The notes under the pieces were generated by a model. It made no database searches. It worked only from the letters and a program-made list of their open reading frames with translations, and was not told where the DNA came from. Position numbers and translations under genes: made by a program. Positions 41,981 to 54,476 of a stretch of DNA of 64,000 nt are shown in pieces. The stretch is from Malacoraja senta. Lineage: Eukaryota. Where the stretch lies: contig CM075996.1 of assembly GCA_038087875.1 (NCBI GenBank), positions 6,698,001 through 6,762,000 on the forward strand, given 5' to 3'. Every line of letters begins with the position of its first letter. Positions within the stretch are counted from its first letter, which is position 1.

Positions 41981-42904
41981 CATTTATCCTTTTGCTCTAG
42001 TATTTTATTTAATTCACATGTTTAATCAATAATGTTTTATTATTAATGTTTAATGTTTTATGTGTCATTCTTAACTGTCACTGTTTGCCATGTTGTCACT
42101 TGTGGGCGGAGCACCAAGGCAAATTCCTTGTATGTGAATACTTGGCCAATAAACTTCATTCATCCATCTCCCTCCATCTTCCCCATCTCCCTCCTCCATA
42201 CATCTCTTCCATCTCTCCTTATCTCCTCACCTCGTACCATCTCTCCGTCCATCTCGTTCCCTCTCTCCACCTCTCCCGTCTCCTCAATCTTGCTCCAGTT
42301 TTTTTCCACCCCTTCCATCTCCCCTCCCCCCCATCTCTCTGCTTCTTCTCTCGCTTTCCCCATTCCCGTCTTTCCTCCCTCCACTCTCTCTCTCTCTCTC
42401 TCGCTCTCCCATCCCTTCCTCTCACTCACTCACTCTGATTGGGGGATGATCAGCCATGATCGCAATGAATGGCGGTGCTGGCTGGAAGGGCCAAATGGCC
42501 TCCTCCTGCACCTATTTTCTATGTTTCTATGTTTCTATGTTTTCCCCGCCTCTCCCCTCTCTCCACTTCCTCTCTGCTTCCCGGTGGTGCGGTCTGAAAG
42601 GAGGGTCTCGACCCGAAACGTCACCCATCCCTCCTCTCCAGAGATGCTGCCTGTCCCGCTGAGTTAACTCCAGTATTTAGTGTCCGTCTCCCTGTGGTGG
42701 AGGCGGATTATGACCCTCTGCTGCCCCCTCCTGGCCCTGCTCAGTCAGTCGAGCCGAAACACCTTGGACCTTCAGTGGAGGTGGAAGGGACTTGCAGGTG
42801 CTGGTTTACACCGAAGACAGGCACAAAATGCAGGAGCAACGCAGCGGGTCAGGCAGCATCTCCGGAGAAAAGGAATAGGTGACGTTTTGGGTCGAGACCC
42901 TTGA

Positions 42905-43893
42905 GAGTCAGAGTTGACTAATCTTCTGAATTTTTTTGAGGATGTAACAAGTAGAATGGATAAGGGAGAGCCAGTGGATGTGGTGTATCTGGACTTTCAA
43001 AAAGCCTTTGACAAGGTCCCACACAAGGGATTACTGTGCAAAATTAGAGCACATGGTATTGGGGGTAGGGTATTGACATGGATAGAGAACTGGTTGGCAG
43101 ACAGGAAGCAAAGAGTAGGAATTAACGGGTCCTTTTCAGAATGGCAGGCAGGGACTAGTGAGGTACTGCAAGGCTCGTTGCTGGGACCCCAGTTATTTAC
43201 AATATATATTAACGATTTAGACGAGGGAATTAAATGTGACAACTCCAAGTTTGCGGATGACACAAAGCTGGGTGGCAGTGTGAGCTGCAATGAAGATGCT
43301 ATGAGGCTGCAGGGTGACTTGGATAGGTTGGGTGAGTGGGCAGATGCAGGGCAGATGCCGTGTAATGTGGATAAATGTGAGGTTATCCACTTTGGTGGCA
43401 AGAACAGGAAGGCAGATTATTATCTGAATGGTGTCAGATTAGGAGAAGGGGAGGTGCAACGAGACCTGGGTGTGCTTGTACATCAGTCACTGAAAGTAAG
43501 CATGCAGGTACAGCAGGCAGTGAAGAAAGCCAATGGCATGTTGGCCTTCATTGCAAGAGGTTTTGAGTTTAGGAGCAAGGAGGCCCACTGCAGTTTTACA
43601 GGCCCTGGTGAGACCACACCTGGAGTAATGTGTGCAATTTTGGTCTCCTAATTTGAGGAAGGACATTCTTGCTATTGAGGGAGTGCAGCGTAGGTTCACC
43701 AGGTTAATTTCCGGGATGCGGGACTAACATATGACAAAGGAATGGGTTGATGGGGCTTGCTATCGCAGGAATTTAGAAAGATGAGAGGGGATCTTATAGA
43801 TACATTAAAAATTCTCAAAGGATTGGACAGGATAAAAGTAGGAAAAATGTTCCCGATGATGGGGGAGTCCAGAACCAGGGGTCACAGTTTGAG
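42905..43893 (+). mobile_element. CR1-clade LINE reverse transcriptase fragment
   Basis: ORF 42914-43651 with YLDFQKAFDKVPH, LQGSLLGPQLFTIYINDL and KFADDTK motifs. Confidence 0.93.
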
Positions 43894-44690
43894 AACAGAA
43901 AGGTCAGTGTGGGAATTGGAGGGGGAGTTGAAGCTTTTGGGCAACCGGGAGATCAGGTAGGTCCAGGCGGACTGAGCGGAGGTGTTCAGCGAAACGATCT
44001 GCCAGTCTACATTTGGTCTCACCGATGTATAAGAGTCCACACCTTGAACGGTTGCCAAACACTTCAACTTCCCCTCCCAGTCCCAATCTGACCTTTCTGT
44101 CCTGGGCCTCCTCCACTGTCCGAGTGAGGCCCAGCGCAAATTGGAGGAACGGCATCTCATATTTCGCTTGGGCAGCTTACACCCCAGCGGTATGAACATT
44201 GGCTTCTCTAACTTCAAGTAACCCTTGCATCCCCTCTCTCTCCGTCCCTCCCCCCACCCTAGTCATTGCACTAGTTTTACTGTCGCCCTGGTGAGTCTCG
44301 TTGTCTCTAACTCGTTTTCACCTAGCCCACAGTTACCTTTCTGCTTATTCTTTCAAACATTTGTTCTGTACCTCTCTACATCACCATCTATATCTCTCGT
44401 TTTCCCCTCCCTCCCCCCTCCCCTGACTCTCAGTCTGAAGAAGGGTCTCGACCCGAAATGTCACCCATTCCTTTTAAGGAATCTCAGACTCTCAGTCTGA
44501 AGAAGGGTCTCGGCCCGAAACGTTGCCTATTTCCTTCGCTCCATAGATGCTGCTGCACCCGCTGAGTTTCTCCAGCACTTTTGTCTACCTTCGATTTTCC
44601 AGCATCTGCAGTTCCTTCTTAAACCCATTCCTTTTAGTCCAGAGATGCTGCCTGTCCCGCTGAGTTACTCCAGCGTTTTGTGTGTCTGCA
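43893..44690. mobile_element. Rearranged Penelope-like element (inverted 5' part, tandem terminal modules)
   Basis: ORF 43904-44155(-) contains CGLLYIGETKCRLADRFAEHLR. The + strand part matches 24370-24760. Two hammerhead-like cores at 44435 and 44497. Confidence 0.82.
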
Positions 44691-46669
44691 AAACCCAAAC
44701 GAGAATATGCGCAACTGGAACAAGGCACCAAGTTTTCAAGAGAGAGTTAGATTTAACTCTTAGGGCCAACAGAATCAAGGGATATGGGGGAAAAGCATGG
44801 TGATTTTAGATGATCAGCCATGATCATATTGAATGGCGGTGCTGGCTTGAAGGGTCTACTCCTGCACCTATTTTTCTATGTTTCTATGTTTCTAAGCCCT
44901 TCCCACCGCCCCCTCCGACCCTCACTATTGGAGATAACCAGCGTGAAGGAGATGTCCCCTCAACCCTCCTCCATCGTGGTGGAGAACCGACAGGAAAGGA
45001 TATGTTTATTATTTAGCTTATTAATATTATTATTATTATTTATTATCACGTGCCCCGAGGTACAGCTCCTCCGCTGGGCGATGAGAGAAGGACACAGAGG
45101 GTGGCGCGGCTGGCAGAGATTCTGCCTCAGAGCGCCAGAGACCCCCGTTCGATCCTGACCTCGGGTGCTGTCTGTACGGAGTTTGCACGTTCCCCCCCCC
45201 CCCCCGTGACCTGCGTGGATTTTCTACGGGTTTTCTCCGGTTTCCTCCCACACTCCAAATACGTGCAGGTTTGTAGGTTAATTTGGCTTCGGTAATAGTG
45301 TAAATTGTCCCTAGTGTGCGGGGATCGCTGGTCGGTGCAGACTCAGTGGGCACAAGGGCCTGTATCCGCGCCGTATCTCTGAACTAAACTAAATTAAAAC
45401 GCTGCCTCACCTGCAGAAAAAAAAACCTTCAGGAGTTTGTCTGTTGCTCAAGATTGCCCAGAGTAGGGGAATCGAGGACCAGAGGACATAGGTTTAAGGC
45501 CAACATGCCATTCGCTTCCTTCACTGCCTGCTGTACCTGCATGCTTACTTTCATAGACTGATGTACAAGGACCCCCAGATCCCGTTGTACTTCCCCTTTT
45601 CCCAACTTGACGCCATTTAGATAGTAATCTGCCTCCCTGTTTTTGCTACCAAAGTGGATAGTGGTCGGATAGTGGCTAGATCTGCAGGGACTCTTATAGA
45701 GGTGTGTAAAATCAGGAGAGGAATAGATCGGGTAGATGCACAGAGTCTCTTGCCCAGAGTTGGGGAATCTAGGGCCAGAAGACATAGGCTCAAGGTGAAG
45801 GGGAAAAGATTTAATAGGAATCTGAGGGGTAACTTTTTCACACAAAGGGTGGTGGATGAATGGAACAAGCTGCCAGAGGAGGAAGTTGAGGCTGGGACTA
45901 TCCCAATGTTTAAGAAACAGGTACATGGATGTAACAGGTTTTGAGGGATATGGACCAAGCGCAGACAGGTGGGACTAGTGGAGCTGGGACATGTTGGCTG
46001 GAGGGCCTGTTTGTCACTGTCTATCTTGCAGCAACTGCAGCCACCAGTGAGATCCAAAGTTTGCCACGTTCATCACAGTAATGACCACCAGGGGGCAGTC
46101 CCGGATCACCAACTCCCACAGATGAGCCGTAGAAAGCATTTTATCAGGATTCTCCATCCAAGACCGCAAGCAATCGCAGAGAATTGTGGTCACAGCCCAG
46201 ACCATCACACAAACCCACCTCCCTTCCGTTGAGAGGGTCTCGACCCGGAACGTTGGTCTGAAGAGGGAACATCACCCATCCCTTCTCTCCGGAGATGTTG
46301 CCCGTCACACTGAGTTGCTCCAGCATTTTGTGTCTCCCTTCCATTGACTCCATCTACACCTCACGCTGCCTCGGCAAGGCCAGCAGCATAAATCAAGGAT
46401 CAGTCTCACCCCCAGTCACTCCCTCTTCTCCCCTCTCCCATCGGGCAAGAGGTACAGAAGCGTGAAAACGCACACCTCCACATTCAGGGACAGTTTCTTC
46501 CCAGCTGTTATCAGGCAACTGAACCATCCTACCATCAGCTAGAGAGTGGTCCTGACCCCCCATCTACCTCATTGGAGAGCTGCTTCACCCAACACTCCAG
46601 ACATACAGGTTTGTAGGTTCATTGGCTTCGCTAAGATTGCAAATTGTCCTTTGTGTGTCAATAGACAAT

Positions 46670-47445
46670 AGACAATAGACAATAGACAATAGGTGCAGGA
46701 GTAGGCCATTCGCCCCTTCGAGCCAGCACCGTCATTCAATGTGATCATGGTTGATCATCCCCAATCAGTACCCCGTTCCTGCCTTCTCCCCATATCCCCT
46801 GACTCCGCTATTTTTAAGAACCTGATCTAGCTCTCTCTTGAAAGCATCCAGAGAACCGGCCTCCACCGCCCTCTGAAGCAGAGAATTCCACAGACTCACC
46901 ACTCTCTGTGAGAAAAAGTGTTTCCTCGTCTCCGTTCTAAGTGGCTTACCCCTTATTCTTAAACTGTGGCCCCTGGTTCTGGACTCCCCCAACATCGGGA
47001 ACATGTTTCCTGCCTCTAGCGTGTCCAAGCCCTTAACAATCTTATATGTTTCAATGAGATGCCCTCTCATCCTTCTAAACTCCAGAGTATACAAGCCCAG
47101 CTGCTCCATTCTCTCAGCATATGACAGTCCCGCCATCCCGGGAATTAACCTTGTAAACCTACGCTGTACTCCCTCAATAGCAAGAATGTCCTTCCTCAAA
47201 TTAGGGGACCAAAACTGCACACAACACTCCAGGTGTGGTCTCACTAGGGCTCTGTTCAACTGCAGAAGGACCTCTTTGCTCCTATATTCGACTCTTGTTA
47301 TAAAGGCCAACATGCCATTCACTTTCTTCACTGCCTGCTGTACCTGCATGCTGACTGGTGTACAAGGACCCCCAGATCCCGTTGTACTTCCCCTTTTCCC
47401 AACTTGACGCCATTTAGATAGTAATCTGCCTTCCTGTTTTTGCTA
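46670..47445 (-). mobile_element. CR1-clade LINE 3' fragment with (CTATTGT)n tail
   Basis: ORF 46765-47349 (LVRPHLECCVQFWSP...FFSQRVVSLWNSL...GYGEKAGTGY). Confidence 0.9.
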
Positions 47446-48199
47446 CCAAAGTGGATAGTGGTCGGATAGTGGCTAGATCTGCAGGGACTCTTATAGAGGT
47501 GTGTAAAATCAGGAGAGGAATAGATCGGGTAGATGCACAGAGTCTCTTGCCCAGAGTTGGGGAATCGAGGGCCAGAGGACATAGGCTCAAGGTGAAGGGG
47601 AAAAGATTTAATAGGAATCTGAGGGGTAACTTTTTCACGGAGAGGGTGGTGGGTGTATGGAATGAGCTGCCAGAGGAGGTAGTTGAGGCTGGGACTATCC
47701 CAACGTTTAAGAAACAGTTAGACAGGTACATGGATAGGACAGGTTTGGAGGGATATGGACCAAGCGCAGGCAGGTGGGACTAGTGTAGCTGGGACATTGT
47801 TGGCCGGTGTGGGCAAGTTGGGCCGAAGGGCCTGTTTCCACACTGTATCACTCAATGACTCGGTGGGCTGAAGGGCCTGTTTATGAGCTGTATCTGTATC
47901 TCTAAAGTATTTCTAAAGATGCTGGTATCAAACGAACTGCTGGACTTTGGACAATAATCGTTTTTTATCTTTCTCTAACTGTAGCATCCTTTATCCTTCA
48001 TCTGTGTACTGTGGGCGGGTTGATTGTGATCATGTATTGGGGTTTTTACTGGATAGCACGCAATAACCTTTCACTGTACACGGTACATTGGACAATAATG
48101 ATACACTAAGCTGAACTAAATCATTGTATGTATTGGTGTGGAGGGAGAGGAGACTGCAGATGCTGGAATCTTGAGTAAGATACAAACTGCAGGAGGAAC

Positions 48200-48690
48200 T
48201 CAATAGACAATAGGGTGCAGGAGTAGGCCATTCGGCCCTTCGAGCCAGCACCGCCATTCAATGTGATCCTGGCTGATCATCCCCAATCAGTACCCCATTC
48301 CTGCCTTCTCCCCATATCCCTGACTCCGCTATCTTTAAGAGCCCTATCTAGCTCTCTCTTGAAAGCATCAAGAGAACCGGCCTCCACCGCCCTCTGAGGC
48401 AGAGAATTCCACAGACTCACAACTCTCTGTGAGAAAAAGTGTTTCCTCGTCTCCGTTCTAAATGGCCTACTCCTTATTCTTAAACTGTGGCCCCTGGTTC
48501 TGGACTCCCCCAACATCGGGAACATATTTCCTGCCTCTAGCGTGTCCAAACCCTTAACAATCTTATATGTTTCAATAAGATGCCCTCTCATCCTTCTAAA
48601 CTCCAGAGTGTACAAGCCCAGCCGCTCCATTCTCTCCGCATATGACAGTCCCGCCATCCCGGGAATTAACCTTGTGAACCTACGCTGCAG
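48200..48690 (-). mobile_element. CR1-clade LINE 3' fragment
   Basis: ORF 48277-48702. Confidence 0.85.
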
Positions 48691-49549
48691 GTCAGGCAGC
48701 ATCGGTGGAGGGACAGAGAGAGATGACGTTTGGGATCGCGACCCCTCTGTGTGTAATTATTGCGGAAACCAGCAGGGGGCAGAGTCTGGGACTCCACCAC
48801 TAAATCCCTCGCACACCACTTATTCCACTGCTCAAGACCAGTCATTTGTTTGAGAGGACACCAGGGGGCAGCACTGAGCATCTGTGTAAGGGCAGCATAA
48901 ATGCAGAAAGAAAAAGACACAAAGTGCTGGAGTAACTCAGCGGGTCTGGAGAACATGGATAGGCGACGTTTCGGGTCGGGACCCATGAACTACTCCAGCA
49001 CTTTTTTTTTGTTGTAAGCCAGCGTCTGCAGTTCCTTGTGTGTCCACATTAATCCAGCATCAGTTCTTGTCATAGTTGGGCCTTCCGTCAGTGCACTTGC
49101 CCTGGGGATTGTGTGTGTGTGTGTGTGAAGTGCTGTCATCCTTCCTTGAACGACAGAGGCGCAGCGGCAGAGTTGCTGCCTCACAGCGCCAGCCAGTGAC
49201 CCCTGGGTTCGATCCCGCCTTCGGGTGGCACCTGTGTGGAGTTTGCACGTTCTCCCTGTGACCGCGTGGGTTTCCTCCGGGTGCTCCGGTTTCCTCTCAC
49301 ACTCGGTAAAATCACCCTTAATGTGTAGGGAATGGATGTTGGTGGGCATACGCTTGGTGGGCTGAAGGGCCTGTTGCCATGCTATAAAATATTTTTCTCC
49401 AAACTACAAACTAAACGATATTTAGCACATTAGTATCTGAACTGATGTACAGCACTTTGGTCAGCGTGAGTTGTATTTAAAAGTGCTATACAAATAAAAT
49501 TGATTCATTGATTGATCTGTGTAAGCGCAGCATCAATGCAGGAAGAAAA

Positions 49550-49828
49550 AGACAGGCCCTTCGGCCCACCGAGTCCCTGCCGACCAGCGATCCCCACACA
49601 CTAACACCATCCTACACGCACTAGGGACAATTTACAATCTTGCCAAGCCAATTCACCTGCAAACCTGCACGTCTTTGGAGTGTGGCAGGAAACCGGAGCA
49701 CCCGGAGAAAACCCACGCGGGTCACGGGAAGAATGTACAAACTCCGTACAGACAAGCACCCAGTAGTCAGGATCGAACCCGGTTCTCTGGCGCTGTGAGG
49801 CAGCAACTCTACCGCTGCGCCACCGTGC
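49550..49828 (-). mobile_element. HE1/V-SINE-like SINE
   Basis: Reverse-complement match to the SINE consensus seen elsewhere in the window. Confidence 0.85.
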
Positions 49829-51829
49829 AGCCCCAATGTTCAGCAATCTGTATCTTTCCCTTTGCTCCATCTATTGCACTTGAGTTTAGCTTGATTGTAT
49901 TTGTAGATGGTATATCTGATCAGTTTGGATAGATCATAGAACATAGACCAGTGCACGAACCTCACACTTGCCCTGATCTTGAATTAAGAATATTTAGAAT
50001 AATACACCTCTCCCATTGCCGTGGGATAGCACAGAACTAGTGTGAATTGGTGATCGATGTTCAGCATAGACTATATGGGCCGAAGGGCCTGCTTCCATGC
50101 TGCATCTCTAAACAAAACTCTTTTCCACACAGAGAGTTGCGAGTCTGTGGAATTCTCTGCCTCAGAGGGCGGTGGAGGCCGGTTCTCTGGATACTTTCAA
50201 GAGAGAGCTAGATAGGGCTCTTAAAGATAGCGGAGTCAGGGGATAAGGCAGGAACGGGGTACTGATTGGGGATGATCAGCCATGATCACATTGAATGGCG
50301 GTGCTGGCTTGAAGGGCCGAATGGCCTACCCCTGCACCTATTGTCTATTGTCTATTGTCTACTGTCTGTAAACTTATGAGAGTTTATGAGAGTGTATAAA
50401 ATCATCAGAGGAATAGATCGGGTAGACGCACAGAGTCTCTTGCCCAGAGTACGGGATTTAAGGACCAGAGGACATAGGTTTAAGGTGAAGGGGTAAAGAT
50501 TTAATGGGAATCTGAGGGGTAACTTTTTCATACAAAGGGTGGCGGGTGTATGGAACGAGCTGCCGGAGGAGGTAGTTGAGGCAGGGACTATGACAGCGTT
50601 TAAGAAACAGTTAGACAGGTACATAGATAGGACGGTTTGGAGGGATATGGGGCAAACGCGGGTAGGTGGGACTAGTGCAGATGGGACATGTTGTCGGGTG
50701 CGGGCAAGTTGGGCCGAAGGGCCTGTTTCCACGTTGTATGACTCTGTGACTATGATACCAGCCCATCCCACCCCGGTCATTCCTTCTTCTCCCCGCTCCC
50801 GTCCGGCAGAAGGTGCAGAAGCTTTAAAGCCCGCACCACCAGACTCAGGAACAGCTTCTTCCCCTCAGTTATCAGGCTTCTCAATGGTCCTTCCATAAGC
50901 TAGGGTACTGTCCGATTCACATCTAACCCCATTGCGGACATTGGACTCAGTCTATGGAACTGACGCGTTACAATGCAGAGACCACGTGGGTTTTCTCCGG
51001 GTGCTCCGGTTTCCTTTCACATCCCAAAGACGTGCGGGTTTGCCTGTTAATCGGCCTCTGTATATTGCCCCCAGTGTGGACGGAGTGGGATAAGTGGGAT
51101 AACTAGTGTGAATGTGTTTGCTCCCACACTCCAAAGACGTACAGGTTTGTAGGTGAATTGGCTTCGGTAAAATCTAACTGTCCCTAGTGTGTAGGATAGG
51201 GCCAGTATACGGGTTGAACAATGGTCAGCGCAGACACGGTGGGCCGAAGGGCTTTTCTCCGCGCTGTACCAGAATGCACAGCCTTTAGAAAGGAGATGGG
51301 GAGGAATTTCTTTAATCAGAAGGTGGTGAATCTGCGGAATTCATTGCCACAGACGGCTGTGGAGGCCAAGTCAATGGGTATTTTTAAAGCGGAGATTGAC
51401 AAGATTCTTGATTGGTACGGAGGTCAAAGGTTACGGGGAGAGGGCAGGAGAATGGGGTTGAGAGGGAAAGATAGATCAGCCATGATTAAATGGCGGAGTA
51501 GACTCGATGGGCCGAATGGCCTAATTCTGCTCCTATCACTTATGAACCATCTCTAAGCTAAACTAACCAATGCATGCAAAATAAAGTATTTCACTGTACC
51601 TCGGTACACGTGACAATACGTCTTAACCTAGTGGAGCAGGGGTAGAGTTGCTGCCTCACAGCATCAGAGACCCGGATTCGATCCTGACCTCGGGTGCTGT
51701 CTGTATGGAGTTTGCACGTTCCCCCCGTGACTGCGTGGGTTTTCTCCCACACTCCAACGACGTGCGGATGTGTAGGTTTAATTGACTTCGGTAAAAATGG
51801 TGAATAAATTGAACCCTAGTGTGTGTAGG

Positions 51830-52390
51830 ATAGACAATAGACAATAGACAATAGGTGCAGGAGGAGGCCATTCGGCCCTTCGAGCCAGCACCGCCATTCA
51901 ATGTGATCATGGCTGATCATCCCCAATCAGTACCCCGTTCCTGCCTTCTCCCCATATCCCCTGACTCCGTTATTTTTAAGAGCCCTATCTAGCTCTCTCT
52001 TGAAAGCATCCAGAGAACCGGCCTCCACCGCCCTCTGAGGCAGAGAATTCCACAGACTCACAACTCTCTGGGAGAAAAAGTGTTTCCTCGTCTCTGTTCT
52101 AAATGGCTTACTCCTTATTCTTAAACTGTGGCCCCTGGTTCTAGACTCCCCCAACATCGGGAACATGTTTCCTGCCTCTAGCGTGTCCAAACCCTTAGCA
52201 ATCTTATATGTTTCAATAAGATACCCTCTCATCCTTCTAAACTCCAGAGTATACAAGCCCAGCTGCTCCATTCTCTCAGCATATGACAGTCCTGCCATCC
52301 CGGGAATTAACCTTGTAAACCTACGCTGCACTCCCTCAATAGCAAGAATGTCCTTCTACAAATTAGGGGACCAAAACTGCACACAATACA
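51830..52390 (-). mobile_element. CR1-clade LINE 3' fragment
   Basis: ORF 51927-52331; (CAATAGA)n tail on +. Confidence 0.87.
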
Positions 52391-52731
52391 CCAGAGAGCG
52401 CTAGTGTGCAGGGTGATCGCTGGTCGGCACGGACCCGTTGGGCCGAAGGGCTGTATCTTTAGAGTCTAGAGACGCCCTCTCGATTAGTGAGGGCTTCAAA
52501 GGTGCCGGGGGAGAGAGAAGGCAGGAGAATGGGGTTGAGAGGGAACGAGAGATCAGCTGTGAGTGAGTGGTCGGCACGGACTCGTTGGGGCGAAGGGCCT
52601 GTTTCCGCTCTGTTTGACTCTACGACGCGATGACTCTTGACCGGGGATTGGGGAGACAAGCGACGGCAGAGTCTCCCCCGGACGTAAATCTCTATAAGTC
52701 TAAAAGGACCAGACGGCTCACAGAACATTGC

Positions 52732-52737
52732 TTTATT
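52732..52737 (-). terminator. Polyadenylation signal AATAAA of the DSPP-like gene
   Basis: tttatt on + about 170 nt downstream of the exon D stop, followed on the minus strand by GU/U-containing sequence (gcaatgttctgtgagccgtctggtcctttt). Confidence 0.6.
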
Positions 52738-52903
52738 GCGTTTGACACAGATTGAAGAACCACACTGTCGCCAGCTCCCTGCTCGGACAGACATGAAGCG
52801 GGGATGAAGGCTTCTAAGTCGACACGATGATTGACGACTGATGACTATTGACAATTGCACACGGGAGCTGTGGAGGCCCCCACCCCGACAGGCCTCTGTC
52901 CCC

Positions 52904-52944
52904 TCAATTCTTGCCGCCCGACTGTTTGCCCTTTGTCTCTTTAC
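52904..52944 (-). CDS. Acidic DSPP-like protein, putative terminal coding exon D (GKETKGKQSGGKN*)
   Basis: Strong acceptor ttttccttcttttccag|, phase compatible with exon C, TGA at 52906-52904, followed by non-repeat sequence and AATAAA. Confidence 0.68.
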
Positions 52945-53579
52945 CTGGAAAAGAAGGAAAACCGGACGTTAGATCCCCGCTGAAGATTCACGTTCGCAAG
53001 TACATGAGAAGGGAGGGAGACGGAGCAAGAAGCAACAATAGACAATAGGTGCAGGAGTAGGCCATTCGGCCCTTCGAGCCAGCACCGCCATTCAACGTGA
53101 TCATGGCTGATCATCCCCAATCAGTACCCCGTTCCTGCCTTCTCCCCATATCCCCTGACTCCACTATCTTTAAGAGCCCTATCTAGCTCTCTCTTGAAAG
53201 TATCCAGAGAACCGGCCTCCACCGCCCTCTGAGGCAGAGAATTCCACAGACTCACCACTCTCTGTGAGAAAAAGTGTTTCCTCGTCTCCGTTCTAAATGG
53301 CTTACCCCTTATTCTTAAACTGTGACCCCTGGTTCTGGACTCCCCCAACATCAGCCTCAATGTCACCTTTCCCCCAGCTAACAATGATCTGTTCTGCATT
53401 TTACTTGATCTCATCCCCTTTGATGTCTCAGTCTCACACCTTTCCCTTCCTTATCTCTGTGCCTCCCTCTTCGATATGGATCACGAGCAGGCAGAGATTA
53501 GTTTAACTTGGCATCATGTTTAGCAGAGACATAGTGGGCTGAAGGGCCTGTTTCTGTGCTTACCACCTTAGTGCAGTTG

Positions 53580-53885
53580 AGTTTAGTTTGGAGAAACAGC
53601 ATGTAAACAGGCCCTTCGGCCCACCGTGTCCGTGCCGACCAGCGATCCCCGTACACTTGCACTATCCTACACACACTACGGACAATTTACAATTTACCAA
53701 GCCAATTCACCTGCAAACCTGCACGTCTTTGGAGTGTGGGAGGAAACCGGAGCACCTTGAGAAAACCCACGGGGTCACGGGGAGAACGTACAAACTCCGT
53801 TCAGACAAGCACCCGTAGTCAGGATCAAACCCGGGCCTCTGGTGCTGTAAGGCAGCAACTCTACCGCTGCGCCACCGTGCCGTCC
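53580..53885 (-). mobile_element. HE1/V-SINE-like SINE
   Basis: Reverse-complement match including head and tail. Confidence 0.85.
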
Positions 53886-54476
53886 ACCGCCTGTTTCCAT
53901 TATGTATTCGGTGTGTTTGGTGCGTGATTGGGTAAGAAAGGCAGCTGTTGTGTCTCTGAGTCCACAAAGTATTGAGTCCACAGTGTCATAGAGCACGGAT
54001 ACAGGCCCTTCGGCCCAACTTGCCCATGCTGACCAAGGGGCCCCATCTACACTAGTCCCACCTGCCCGCATTTGGCCCATATCCCTCTAAACCTATCCTA
54101 TCCGTGAATGCCTAGAGTCTTGTGGCCAGCGTAGGGGAATCAAGAACAAGAGGACATAGGTTTAAGGTGAGTGGAGAAATGGGAACTTGAAGGGCAACTT
54201 TTCCCACACAGAGGGTGGTGGATGTATGGAATGAGCTTCCAGAGGAGGTAGTTGGGGCAGGTGCTAGAACAATATTTAAAAGACATTTGGACAGGTACAC
54301 TGATAGGAAAGGTTTAGAGGGATATGGGTCAAACGCAGACAGCTGGGACTAGTGTAGATGGGGCATCTTGATCGGCATGGGCCGAAGGGCCTGTTTCTGT
54401 GCTAGATGGCTCCTGCATTGCTTTAAATTTATGCAATTATAAAATCAATGTTAAAAAACAGAAAATAGTACTCAAC

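Noticed and set aside
45394..45425. Minus-strand acceptor-like ttttttttctgcag followed by GEAAF*
   Set aside because: Lies between repeats, well beyond the better terminal exon and poly(A) signal at 52944-52732; no other support.
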